The notes under the pieces were generated by a model. The model saw only the letters and a list, made by a program, of their open reading frames with translations. It searched no databases and was not told the DNA's origin. From Rebecca billardiae RCC1528 (lineage: Eukaryota > Protista > Haptophyta), in assembly GCA_965240325.2 (NCBI GenBank), contig OZ251225.1:4030001-4094000 (forward strand): a stretch of DNA of 64,000 bases. The letters are read 5' to 3'. Both the position numbers and the translations under genes were made by a program. Below, piece after piece: positions 36,806-46,773 of the stretch; the first letter of the stretch is position 1; each line of letters begins with the position of its first letter.

Positions 36806-37459
36806 ATGCCCTGGCGTGTGACTTGCGAAGCACGCACCGGAGCACCCGGCTTCGCCGACGACGAGGAATACGAGTCACGCTGGTTCGTGGACCTCACGGA
36901 CGCACTCCGCCACTTGATCCACTTCCACCCTTCTGAGCGCTGGCACTGCGTCCGCCACGCCACGGTGCGCTTCGAGTACTCGGGCGGTCGGGCATGCAAA
37001 TATAGTGACGGACTCATTTTCTACGGCAACAGCCTCAGGGACCTCGGCGTGAGCGAGCGCACCTTTGACGACGCGTTCGAGCAGGCGCTCGGCATCAAGC
37101 CGGTCACGCTGGAGCGGAAGAACAACGTGTTCGTACCAATCGACACGAACGCTTCCTCCGGCCGTCATCGCCTCACGCAAGAGACCATCAAGCAAAAGTC
37201 AAGGCGCTTGCTTCCTCCGGAGGAAGAGTTGGAGGCGCACAGGGAGGAGAACATCGAGTGCTCCGAATGCAACCGCGAGGTGCCATTCGAGCTCTTCGCC
37301 TTCCGCCGCCGCAGAGGCGGTAGCGTGACGCGCACTATGAACTGCTACGAGTGCCACCTCGAGCAGGTGCGCATCCGCCGGGCGCGCTTCGTGAGCAAGG
37401 GCGCATCCTCGGCGGAGCGCGACGCGCAAATAAAATCGGCGGCGCGCGCCGCCGCCTAG
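36806..37459 (+). CDS. PLV hypothetical protein with a C-terminal CxxC...CxxC zinc ribbon
   Basis: 217 aa; CSECN...F...CYEC; viral codon usage; AT-rich upstream motif. Confidence 0.7.
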   Translation: MPWRVTCEARTGAPGFADDEEYESRWFVDLTDALRHLIHFHPSERWHCVRHATVRFEYSGGRACKYSDGLIFYGNSLRDLGVSERTFDDAFEQALGIKPVTLERKNNVFVPIDTNASSGRHRLTQETIKQKSRRLLPPEEELEAHREENIECSECNREVPFELFAFRRRRGGSVTRTMNCYECHLEQVRIRRARFVSKGASSAERDAQIKSAARAAA

Positions 37460-37566
37460 GGAAAAAATCGGCGGCGCGCACCGCCTAGGGAAAAACGTAC
37501 GCGCGTTATTCTGGCGCCAAATAAAAATGTCAACCACCATCATAACACAAAATCCTCGCTTGTAGT

Positions 37567-40500
37567 ATGATGAACGTTGATGAGCTCATCCGAAATGCCC
37601 GCGCGCGCCTCAACGAGCGCACCCCTCGCATCGAAATTCCGATCACGAGCCGCCTAGGCGCTACCGCAGCAGCACGCACGAACTCCATCGCGAGAGCATT
37701 CCAGTCTCCGCCGGGCGCCCCCAGCTCGACGCCAGCCACCGGCCTCCGCTCCACCAGCCGCTCGCTCAGCCAATACACGCAGGAGCAGCTCACGCGCATC
37801 CGCCAGTTCCAAGACGCATTCGAGGGCTTCGGCATGAGTGCCCCGCAAGTCCTCGCCGGCATGCTCTACCAAGATCCGTGGAGCGGTAAGCGGCGCAAGA
37901 TCCCCTCCAACGGCAGGCAGCTCGACGCCCTCGCCGAGCGCGTCGCCAGCAAGATCTCCGGTCCCGCGCCCCGCACGCCCCGCCGCCGCCGCACGCCCGC
38001 CCGCCGCGCGCCCGACCGCGACCGCGCCGCGAGCCTCCTCCAGCGCTTCACTCGCTCCCAGCTCGCAAACCGCCTGACGGACGCCCAGCGCACGCAACTG
38101 GAGGTCGACCGGAACCTCGCCATGCTCTCGACGAGCATGCAGGATCGCTATTTTGAGTTCATCGACCGCAAGCGCTTTATTTTGCCGCTCAAGTGGATTC
38201 TGCACGAGAATCTTGGACTGCTCCTGGAGCAGCAGCTGAACTACACGCCGAGCCAGCATCACCTCGGAGCGATTCTCCAGACGATTAATGCGACTATTGA
38301 CGCTCGCCTGCAGGAGATACCGTACAGCCGGCTCTCGATGCACATTCGACTCGAATCAATATTCGCGCACGCCAAGGTGACGATTAGCAAATCCACCAAG
38401 AACGGAAAGGCCGTCGAGACGTCCGATTTCACCTGGGAGGCGGATCCCTTTGCAGCAACCATGCACGAGGTCGCTCAGCTCAAGACCCGCGAGGAGATTA
38501 GGCTCCACGCGCGCGCATTCAAAAACCAGAACGACCAGTACAATCCGACCGCCTTGAACAAGGGCTTCTACGAGTTTGGCGTGGTCACCGCGGGCGCGAA
38601 GGAGCTCGACAACTCGACGGCGCGCCTGGTCATCGACAAGGGCAACCCCGAGGACGTGCAGCAAGTCAAGACCAAGGTCGCGGAGATACTCGCGCTCGTC
38701 ACCTCCACGAGTAACCCGCAGTACAGCGCGCGGCGATTTGTGGGTCTCCTTAGCTTTGACGTGGACACCTATCCGATCAATGCCGTCCGCCAGCAGGGCT
38801 CGTCTTACGTCAAGCTCCCGCAGAAGTTTGGCGGCGGAAGCAAGGGCCTAATCAATCCCGAGAACAAGACCGACAACAAGTGCTTCCTGTGGGCGTCGCT
38901 CATGCACTTTGCGAACGCAGATGGCGCCAAGAAGCAGGAGCGCACCAGCACGCTCAAGCGCTACGAGTCGATGATCACCTGGCCGGAGGAGGTCAAGTTT
39001 CCGTTCGACTGCACCGACATCCCGCGCCTCGAGGAGGCCAACCCCACCCTCACCTGGAACGTCTTCTCGCTCGAGCAAGTCAAGCGCTCCTCGGAGGACC
39101 ATCACGAGCACCCCGAGGACACGGACGAGTTCAAGTACCCCATCGTGCCGATTCACACGACCACGCCGGAGAAGTACCGCGAGCGCACGCTCATCAACAT
39201 CCTCGCGTACGAGGACCACTACGTCTTCGTCAAGGACCTGGACCGGCTCCTCAGCGAGCGTGCGCACAACTGCGCGCACTGCCCCATCTGCACGCGCCGC
39301 TTCAGGACCAAGGCAATCCGCGATCAGCACACCGCGCAGTGCAACGCCAACTGGCGCCACCTGTTTCAGCCGTGGACGCTCGACGAGATTAAGAGCCAGG
39401 CGAGGACGCCTCAGGAGCTCAAGCGCACCGAGACGGACATCACCTACTCGCAGGACACCTCAGTCGTGTGGAAGCCGGTAGTAGCGGTGGCCGACTTTGA
39501 GGCGGTCAACACGCAAGTCAACGGGGAGACGCATCAGAAGGCGCAGTCGGTGAGCCTCAAGTTTGACTTCCAGGACGGCATGGACGCCCCTGACATGGAT
39601 TGCAGCTTCATGGGTCCGGATGCGGGTGTGCGATTTTTGCACGCGCTGCTCGACGCCACCCCCAAGATCCGCGACGCATGCTCGCGCTACAAGGACGACT
39701 TTTCAAAGGTCACCGCGGCCGACCGCGAGCACTTTGAGGCGAGCGAGACGTGCCACTTTTGCGGCGAGGCTGCCTTCGCCTCGAGCGCGGAGATTGCTCG
39801 CGCCGAAGCGGAGTACGAGCTCAAGTCGAAACTCGCGCCGGAGGAAAAGGACGAGTTGAAGCGCGCGCTCGAGGAGGTCCGAGCCAAGCGCAAGGTGCTC
39901 GACCACTGCCACTGCACGGGCCTCTACCGCGGCGCGGCACACTCGCGGTGCAACCTCAAGCACGGCACGCCGAGTCTCATCAGCAGCATACCGGTCTACT
40001 TTCATAACATGTCCTACGACTCGCAGCTCATCATGCAGGCGCTCTCCGACGTGAGCGTTCAGGCGCGCATCAAGGAGCACAAGGTCCGTATGAATGCAAT
40101 GGTGATCAACTCCGAGCGCTTCAAGACGCTCGAGATCGGGGCCTTCCGCATCCTCGACTCGATGACTTTTCTGGGTGGAAGCTTGGCGGAATCTCTGAAG
40201 AATCTGCCCTCAGAGGACAAGCACTCGCTGCGCCGGGCGGCCAACGAGCACGCCGAGCGCTTCGGCAAGGACCCGGATGCGGTCTTCGAGGCCTTCAAGC
40301 ACAAGCAAGTCTTCCCGTACGAGTTCGATTGGCACCAGCACCTCGACGAGCCCATCAGCGCAGATCCTCAGTTCTTCGGCTCCAAGCTGAGCGAAGGCTA
40401 CGGCAAAACCGACGAGGAGCTGGAGGAGCGCCTGGAGGCCGAGCAAAAGGAGCTCGAGGAGAGCCTGCCCGAGCGCATGAGCCGCCTGCAGGAGGCGACC

Positions 40501-42162
40501 GGCATCATCACGTGGCGTGATCTCCACGATCTGTACCTCAGCATTGACGTCTGCGGGCTCCAAGATTGCATGCGTGCCTTCCGCAAGACCTCGATGAACA
40601 CGTACGGCCTCGATCCGGCGTACTGCATCTCCAACTCGCAGTTCGCGTGGAAGGCCATGCTCAAGCTCACAGGCGTGAGCCTCGAGAGCATCCCCACGAG
40701 CGACCTGTACGAGCACGCCGAGTCCGGGCTCCGCGGAGGCATGTCGATGGCGCGCAACCGCATCGCACGCGCGAACCACCCGGATCTTCCTGAATATGAT
40801 CCCGCCAAAGAATTCTCAGCAATCCACGACTTTGACGCCAACGCACTTTATGCCTCAGTGATGTCGTGGAAGCTGCCAACGGGTGGGTATACGGATGTCG
40901 ATCCGGAGCGCTTCGATGTTAACGATCCGCGCTACGGCGGGCTCCCGACGCGACCGAATCAGCCGTGCGAGGAGTGGCAAGGCGATGTGGGGGCGCTCGT
41001 GACGGTGGACATCGACTACCCTGACCGCTTGCACGACCTGCACAGCGACTACCCGTTACTCCCCGAGGTAATGGAAGTGCCCGACGAGATGCTCTCGCCT
41101 ATGCAGCGGGGCAAGCGCGCCGTAAAGACCACCAAGCTGATTGCGCACCTTGGCTCCCGCAAACACTACACGCTCAACGTCACGATGCTCAAGTTTGCGC
41201 TGGCGCAGGGGCTCGAGCTCACCAAGGTGCATCGGGTCGTCGAGTTCGAGCAAAGCCCGTGGCTGCGCCCGTGGGTGGACCTCAACACGCGGCTGCGCAA
41301 GCAGGGCAAGAATCCTTTCGAGGAGGGGTATTTCAAGCTCATGGTGAACGCGTGCTTCGGCAAGACGATGGAGCGGATCTACCACCACACGCAAGCGCGA
41401 TTCATTGATAACCGAGCGGCATTCACTCGAGCCATGACGAGCCACCGGGCTCTCACCTACAAGCCGATCGCACCCGAGTTTGCGCTCGTGACGATGAGCA
41501 AGCGCGAGTACGTGCGTGACAAGCCCATCTTCGTGGGCGCCTCGATCCTTGACTTTTCGAAGCTGTGGATGTACACGTTTTTGTATAATGTGGTCTACCC
41601 CACCTTCGGACCGAAGAACGCCCGCCTGCTCGGGACTGACACCGACTCGCTCATCATGAATTTCCGGGCGCCCTCGCACGAGGCCTATTTGGAGAAAATG
41701 CTCAGCATCCGCGACGAATGGCTGGACATGAGCAAGTTTCCGGAGGGGCACCCGCTCTTCACGGACGCAAACCGCAAGACACCGGGCTTCTTCAAGGATG
41801 AGCTCGGCGACAATTTGGCTATAGCAGTGGCCTTTGTGCGGGCGAAGACCTACTCGATCAAGACGCTCAAGAGCCTCGAGGACGAGCTTGAGGACGTCCA
41901 CCGAGCCAAGGGTGCCCCCTCCCGCTGCGTGCAAAATAGCCTCACGCACGACGACTACGAGACGACGATTTTGGAGAGTTCGAGCGTCAGCGCGCAGTAC
42001 CACGATCTGCAATATAAAAATCACAACATTGTTTTCAGTCGGCGCGTGAAGAAGGTGCTCGATTGGGTCGACGATAAGGGCTACCATCTCTCGGCCGAGC
42101 GCACAATCGCCCTCAATCACTGGCGCATCAGGGCCGGCGCCCTCGCAGCGGCGATGGACTAG
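37567..42162 (+). CDS. polB: Protein-primed family B DNA polymerase (pPolB), 1531 aa
   Basis: Exonuclease motifs VADFE, FHNMSYD and YLSIDV. Polymerase motifs DFDANALY, KLMVNACFGK and TDTDS. Also DNKCFLWA...DHY (vOTU-like) and DHCHCTGLYRGAAHSRCN (endonuclease VII-like Zn motif). Confidence 0.96.
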   Translation: MMNVDELIRNARARLNERTPRIEIPITSRLGATAAARTNSIARAFQSPPGAPSSTPATGLRSTSRSLSQYTQEQLTRIRQFQDAFEGFGMSAPQVLAGMLYQDPWSGKRRKIPSNGRQLDALAERVASKISGPAPRTPRRRRTPARRAPDRDRAASLLQRFTRSQLANRLTDAQRTQLEVDRNLAMLSTSMQDRYFEFIDRKRFILPLKWILHENLGLLLEQQLNYTPSQHHLGAILQTINATIDARLQEIPYSRLSMHIRLESIFAHAKVTISKSTKNGKAVETSDFTWEADPFAATMHEVAQLKTREEIRLHARAFKNQNDQYNPTALNKGFYEFGVVTAGAKELDNSTARLVIDKGNPEDVQQVKTKVAEILALVTSTSNPQYSARRFVGLLSFDVDTYPINAVRQQGSSYVKLPQKFGGGSKGLINPENKTDNKCFLWASLMHFANADGAKKQERTSTLKRYESMITWPEEVKFPFDCTDIPRLEEANPTLTWNVFSLEQVKRSSEDHHEHPEDTDEFKYPIVPIHTTTPEKYRERTLINILAYEDHYVFVKDLDRLLSERAHNCAHCPICTRRFRTKAIRDQHTAQCNANWRHLFQPWTLDEIKSQARTPQELKRTETDITYSQDTSVVWKPVVAVADFEAVNTQVNGETHQKAQSVSLKFDFQDGMDAPDMDCSFMGPDAGVRFLHALLDATPKIRDACSRYKDDFSKVTAADREHFEASETCHFCGEAAFASSAEIARAEAEYELKSKLAPEEKDELKRALEEVRAKRKVLDHCHCTGLYRGAAHSRCNLKHGTPSLISSIPVYFHNMSYDSQLIMQALSDVSVQARIKEHKVRMNAMVINSERFKTLEIGAFRILDSMTFLGGSLAESLKNLPSEDKHSLRRAANEHAERFGKDPDAVFEAFKHKQVFPYEFDWHQHLDEPISADPQFFGSKLSEGYGKTDEELEERLEAEQKELEESLPERMSRLQEATGIITWRDLHDLYLSIDVCGLQDCMRAFRKTSMNTYGLDPAYCISNSQFAWKAMLKLTGVSLESIPTSDLYEHAESGLRGGMSMARNRIARANHPDLPEYDPAKEFSAIHDFDANALYASVMSWKLPTGGYTDVDPERFDVNDPRYGGLPTRPNQPCEEWQGDVGALVTVDIDYPDRLHDLHSDYPLLPEVMEVPDEMLSPMQRGKRAVKTTKLIAHLGSRKHYTLNVTMLKFALAQGLELTKVHRVVEFEQSPWLRPWVDLNTRLRKQGKNPFEEGYFKLMVNACFGKTMERIYHHTQARFIDNRAAFTRAMTSHRALTYKPIAPEFALVTMSKREYVRDKPIFVGASILDFSKLWMYTFLYNVVYPTFGPKNARLLGTDTDSLIMNFRAPSHEAYLEKMLSIRDEWLDMSKFPEGHPLFTDANRKTPGFFKDELGDNLAIAVAFVRAKTYSIKTLKSLEDELEDVHRAKGAPSRCVQNSLTHDDYETTILESSSVSAQYHDLQYKNHNIVFSRRVKKVLDWVDDKGYHLSAERTIALNHWRIRAGALAAAMD

Positions 42163-42212
42163 TTAGCGCGTTTTTCTCAGCTCAAATAATTTTCTCACGC
42201 ACTAGTATTAAA

Positions 42213-42722
42213 ATGGCCCCCTGCGATTTTGACGTTTCCGCTCGCCACGATTGTCGCTGCCGCGATTGCCGCGATTGCCGCGATTGCCGCGAGATGCGCA
42301 CCGAGTTCGAGAGCCTCAAGGAGCGCGTGGTGGCTCTCGAGCGTGTCGTCGTCGCCAAGCCGCCCAAGCCGAGCGCGCGCCCCGGGTCGCTCACGGTGAC
42401 ATCAATAACCGCCATTGAGAGTCACTTTGGCGGCATCGAAGTGGTCGACGCCAAGTTCTTCAACGAGCACTGCATCGTGGGTAGACTCAGCGAGCCCTTC
42501 GTGGAGGGTCACACTGTACCGCAATCGTTCAAAATTACCCGCAAAATTGTCGCTATCAGCGAGGCGTACGGCGAGCCGGGTCGGGCGCCGATCTCTCAGT
42601 CGGCTACGCCCGCAAGCCTTCGGGACGTGTTGTGGCCGCGCTCGTGGTCACGTCAGCGAGGCGGAGCTTCGCCAAGCGCGCCAAGCGCGCCGATGTTTGC
42701 AGATTCTGATGGTGAGGACTGA
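42213..42722 (+). CDS. PLV hypothetical protein with a Cys-rich (CRD)n N-terminus and a short coiled coil
   Basis: 169 aa, TAAAATG start context, co-oriented with polB. Confidence 0.6.
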   Translation: MAPCDFDVSARHDCRCRDCRDCRDCREMRTEFESLKERVVALERVVVAKPPKPSARPGSLTVTSITAIESHFGGIEVVDAKFFNEHCIVGRLSEPFVEGHTVPQSFKITRKIVAISEAYGEPGRAPISQSATPASLRDVLWPRSWSRQRGGASPSAPSAPMFADSDGED

Positions 42723-42828
42723 CTGGTCTGAGCACCACGCCATCGCACAATGTAGAAGGATCAAAAACACTCGAAGGTGCTCGCTCGGAGCGCTTCCGAG
42801 ATTTTGGCGGCATGATACTATTTCGATA

Positions 42829-43479
42829 CTATTTTGATGGGTTCTTTTTGCGAGCGGACGACCGCACTGATGGCCGCAGTAACCGGATACCCTCGCTGCG
42901 GATACCGGTGATAGGGCCCGTGAATCGCGCGGTGATGACCTGCGCACGGCGATTGGCGTTCGCACGCGTGGTCACGTTCGCGCCGGCGGGGATGACATTG
43001 TTTTGCTCGACGTCTGGGTCGCGCCCGCCTTGGCGCACGACCTTCCCAGCCTTGTCAAACACGTACCATTTTCCGTCGACGGCCCGGCGCGCGCGCGCCA
43101 GTAACCGGGCGACGTTCTCCTCGAGCATTGCCGGATTTGAAATTTGGCGCCACTCTTTATCGAGCGGCGGCTTGACGAATCCAAAACCGGGGTTTGTGAG
43201 CGCGAGCAGACGCTTCTCTGCAGGAAAGACCAAATTCGGAGAGACGACCAAAAACCCGACTAACCTGAACGAATTACCGGGTTTGGCGTAGGGCATCATA
43301 TGGCGATAGCCTTTAAAGGTTCGACTCACGATATTAGCGGTGAGCCCCATTTTGAACAAACGACCGCTCGTATCCCACCCCGGGGCGATTACATATAGGC
43401 CCGCCGCCGGCTTTCCTCCCGGGGCGCGCTTGAGCAAATTGGCGTTTTTCATGGCCTTTTGGAACTGCGATGATTGCAT
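42829..43479 (-). CDS. GIY-YIG-like (T5orf172/MUG113-type) nuclease-domain protein
   Basis: GLYVI...LFKMGLTANIVSR...Y...P...AEKRL...EW pattern. Confidence 0.65.
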   Translation of the reverse strand: MQSSQFQKAMKNANLLKRAPGGKPAAGLYVIAPGWDTSGRLFKMGLTANIVSRTFKGYRHMMPYAKPGNSFRLVGFLVVSPNLVFPAEKRLLALTNPGFGFVKPPLDKEWRQISNPAMLEENVARLLARARRAVDGKWYVFDKAGKVVRQGGRDPDVEQNNVIPAGANVTTRANANRRAQVITARFTGPITGIRSEGIRLLRPSVRSSARKKNPSK

Positions 43480-43494
43480 GACCCTTTAGCCTTT

Positions 43495-43767
43495 TTAGCT
43501 AATTGTTACTCCGATTTTACTCACATTCGTAGCGAGTGACTTGGAGTCGCCCCACAGCAAGTGGCGGCTGTAATAGATGCCAGACTCGGGGTCGTCCCAG
43601 CCCTTATCGTGGCGATGGCGAGCGATCCACGCCGTTTTCTTCGCAGGGTCGCCATGATCGATGTACGTCGACCCGCCACGCGCGCCAAAGTGGAGCGTCC
43701 GACCACCCGGCGAAGTCAGCATGAACCTCTTGTCTTTGCGCGTAGATCGATGTAGGCGGCGAATCAT
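43495..43767 (-). CDS. Tlr6F-like conserved PLV protein
   Basis: STRKDKRF...LHFGARGGSTYIDHGD...WIARH...W...YYSRHLLWG matches the Tlr6F family pattern. Confidence 0.8.
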   Translation of the reverse strand: MIRRLHRSTRKDKRFMLTSPGGRTLHFGARGGSTYIDHGDPAKKTAWIARHRHDKGWDDPESGIYYSRHLLWGDSKSLATNVSKIGVTIS

Positions 43768-43799
43768 ATCTCATGCCTTATTAAAGAGGTCCTTATTAA

Positions 43800-45950
43800 A
43801 TGTCGTCGATTTTCGGCGACTCATCGAGCACCTCCGCGGCCATCGACGGATCCGTCCAGACGGGCGCTGGCGCTGCGGCGTGGTCCGGCGTCGTGCGCAC
43901 CACCATGACCGGTGAAGGCAGCCTGTCGGCGACCTTTGATCCGGCATTGCCTGCCGGTGAATTGACGCTGCGCTTGGCGGGCGATCGCGATGCTTTCAAA
44001 GTGACCAGCGCAACCCTGACGCCGACGACCCTGAGCGTCACGTGGACTCGCCAATATCACGATGAAGTCAACCGCGGGTTCGATGACGAAACCCATCCGT
44101 ACTTTGATGTGCTCCTCGACGGCCACGCAATCACGAGCTTTCCAATTAGCGGGCGGGGCGTGTACTCGCTCGACGGGGCCGTCGTCAATGGTGTCGTGAC
44201 GCAAAGCTATTTTCAAGAGCCGCTCGTGAATTTCCCGCTAAATGCTGATTTGCTGGACACGGCCGACCGGGGGCTCTCCTTGGCTCTGGTCGGGACCACC
44301 GCGTTCGGTAATGAGGCCGTCGAGGCCGCCGCAGATGGGGTGACGCTCACCGTAGATCACCCGGGCCACCACGACGGGAATTTGACCGTGTGCTGCTACT
44401 TGAGGGGCCCACCGGCGCTGGGCACTTCCTACGTGCGCCAGGGTAGCGCGATCGCCTTCGCCGAGTGCCGCCTCGAAGCCCCGACCGCAAATACCATGTG
44501 CGAGACCTCGCTCGAATTTACGTCGGCGTCCAACCAGCTCGACGAGGACAACCGTGACCAGTGGAAGTACGTGGCGCTCGTACAAGATGAGGCAAACACC
44601 CAAATATTCGTCGACCATACATTGGTGCACACCCGCAGCTTGGCAGGAGAGAAGCGGCTTTCACTATTTTACCCCACCAAAATCGGCCTCGCCCAATACG
44701 GCGCTGCTGCGCACCTCGGAGTCTGGCCGCGCGCGCTGGATGCGTCGGAGCGGTTGGCCCACGCCGAGTCGTGGCGGGGTGTTGTCGTGAAAAGAACGTG
44801 GCTGCTCGATGGGGATTTGCTAGAGGTCGATGGAGCCGCCGCCGCGCTGCAGCCCACGGCCGGCGATTACGTGATGACAAGTGGCTATCTCGAGATGCAA
44901 AGTACTAGCACGCTGCACCTGGGCCTCAACGAGATGCCCGACATGCTCGGCGGCGACCGGTTCTCGCTGGCGGCATGGGTGTACCGCCCGAACGATCAAG
45001 ATAGCGTGCGCATGTGGCTCCTCGAGGATGGCGTCACCGATTTCACGTTCGAAATCATCGCTGGCCAGCTGCGCTCGGAGCTCGGCGCGACAGCGTTCCA
45101 GGACTTGGCAGGGCCGGCACACGGCGGATGGCACCACGTTGCGCAAACGGTGGATGGCACAGTCTCCAAAATATATATCGATGGCGTGCTCGTGAGTACT
45201 GCTGCGCTGCCGGCCACTTTTACCCCGCTGCTCAGCATCATTGGACACCGTTTTGCCACCATGCCCGCAGGCGTGCGCCTCTACGCGATGTCGATCGCGC
45301 GCGGTATCATCCACGTGCCGACGGTGATGAATCTGTACTCACCGATGCAAGGTCTAGATCCATTTGCCAGCTGGCCGATGACGGCGAATTTGACCGACGA
45401 TGTGGGTAGCTATGCCTTTACGGTGTCGACTGGGACCGCAACGCACACGAATGGCTATGCGGACCTCAGTAGCGGTCTGGTGATGACTGCACCGGTGCCG
45501 ACTCAGACGATGACGGCTTTCGCCTTCTCGGCGTGGGTGTACGTGGATGACGTGTCGGGCAGCTTCAAGCTCGAATGGCGTAATGCAGGCTCGAAGGTCG
45601 TGCATTTCTACTTGTACAGAAATGGTGTGGGCAACACCGCATTCGGCTTCGACATTACAGGGCAGTCTGGAAACTTGTATGATCGCGTGGATGTGCTGCC
45701 GCTGAACACCTGGTACCACATCGCATGGACGTACACAGTCGGAGGGAACATGGAGGCCTGGTTGAATAAGGTGTCGCTCGGCGCGGAGGCCATGAGCGCC
45801 ACCGCCGTGGGCGACGTCAACGAAATTTACGTGAGCACGCCCCCAAGTGGCGGGCCGTTCAAGTGCGCGGCCGTGCGCTTCTATACTGACGGTGCGCTCA
45901 CCCAGACCGACGTAGATAGCGACTATGACCTCTTCACGCCGCCGCCATAG
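43800..45950 (+). CDS. Concanavalin A/LamG-repeat protein, putative virion fibre or receptor-binding protein
   Basis: Three LamG-like modules (FPLNADLLD...WKYVALV; FSLAAWVY...WHHVAQTVDG..KIYIDG; FAFSAWVY...WYHIAWT). Confidence 0.78.
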   Translation: MSSIFGDSSSTSAAIDGSVQTGAGAAAWSGVVRTTMTGEGSLSATFDPALPAGELTLRLAGDRDAFKVTSATLTPTTLSVTWTRQYHDEVNRGFDDETHPYFDVLLDGHAITSFPISGRGVYSLDGAVVNGVVTQSYFQEPLVNFPLNADLLDTADRGLSLALVGTTAFGNEAVEAAADGVTLTVDHPGHHDGNLTVCCYLRGPPALGTSYVRQGSAIAFAECRLEAPTANTMCETSLEFTSASNQLDEDNRDQWKYVALVQDEANTQIFVDHTLVHTRSLAGEKRLSLFYPTKIGLAQYGAAAHLGVWPRALDASERLAHAESWRGVVVKRTWLLDGDLLEVDGAAAALQPTAGDYVMTSGYLEMQSTSTLHLGLNEMPDMLGGDRFSLAAWVYRPNDQDSVRMWLLEDGVTDFTFEIIAGQLRSELGATAFQDLAGPAHGGWHHVAQTVDGTVSKIYIDGVLVSTAALPATFTPLLSIIGHRFATMPAGVRLYAMSIARGIIHVPTVMNLYSPMQGLDPFASWPMTANLTDDVGSYAFTVSTGTATHTNGYADLSSGLVMTAPVPTQTMTAFAFSAWVYVDDVSGSFKLEWRNAGSKVVHFYLYRNGVGNTAFGFDITGQSGNLYDRVDVLPLNTWYHIAWTYTVGGNMEAWLNKVSLGAEAMSATAVGDVNEIYVSTPPSGGPFKCAAVRFYTDGALTQTDVDSDYDLFTPPP

Positions 45951-45991
45951 ACAGTCCCATAGAGCCAAAAATCAGTGGTACCGGTACCATA

Positions 45992-46636
45992 ATGATGCGA
46001 GCCGTACCCACTGTATCAACCGCCGAAGGCGAAGCGCGCGTCGCGAAAGCGGCCTGGGACGCCGGCGCTACGCTCGCCCGAGATCGCAAGTTCCTCATCG
46101 AGGCAAGCTATATGAGCAAGGCGGCAGCCCGACCGCACCTAGCCAAGCGCGGGTACCGACTTGATGAGCGCCTGTCGGATGAAGCGGACAAAGTAGCCGT
46201 GCACATCGCGAGCGGTCGGCCCGTCGTACTTTTCCGAGGCTCGGCGTCATTCGCCGACTGGGCCGTGTCGGACGTCCTGATCGCGCTGGGATTGAGCGCC
46301 AAGGACCCACGCCACGCGCGCGCGCGCAAGCTGGTGGAGATCGTCAAGCGCAAATACGGGCAGTCCACCGCTGCGGTGGGGCACTCTCTGGGTGGGCACC
46401 TCGCGGAAGAAAGCGGCGCCTCGCAGATTCACACGTCACAAAAAGCGGCCGGCCTAAAAGATATCGGAAAGACTTTGCCGAAAAGCCAATTCGATACCCG
46501 CTCGCCGGGCGATATAGTGAGCGCGCTGTCGGTTACGCAGCGCGGTGGGCGCCGGCAGACCCTCGGGCGTGCCAGCTTTGTGGACGCTCTACATAGTCCA
46601 GCGTTGTTCGCTTTGAATCAGCACCGCGCTCGATAA
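45992..46636 (+). CDS. Class 3 lipase-like alpha/beta hydrolase
   Basis: VVLFRGS, nucleophile GHSLGG, DIVS and a C-terminal His. Lipases are recurrent in PLVs. Confidence 0.85.
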   Translation: MMRAVPTVSTAEGEARVAKAAWDAGATLARDRKFLIEASYMSKAAARPHLAKRGYRLDERLSDEADKVAVHIASGRPVVLFRGSASFADWAVSDVLIALGLSAKDPRHARARKLVEIVKRKYGQSTAAVGHSLGGHLAEESGASQIHTSQKAAGLKDIGKTLPKSQFDTRSPGDIVSALSVTQRGGRRQTLGRASFVDALHSPALFALNQHRAR

Positions 46637-46773
46637 TCCGCGCTCGGTAATTCTGAGCGCTCGGTAATTCTTAGCGCTCGGTAATTCTGAGCGCTCGGTA
46701 ATTCTGAGCGCTCGGTAATTCGCGCTGAGTAATTCTTAGCGCTCGGTAATTCGCGCTCGGTAATTCTTAGCGC
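46626..46773. repeat. Tandem array of ~9 x 14/17-bp GCGCTCGGTAATTC(TKA)
   Basis: Units abut with no spacers and span the gap between two convergent genes. Confidence 0.9.

Noticed and set aside
46626-46773. Possible CRISPR array
   Set aside because: Units abut with no unique spacers, there are no cas genes, and the context is eukaryotic/viral.
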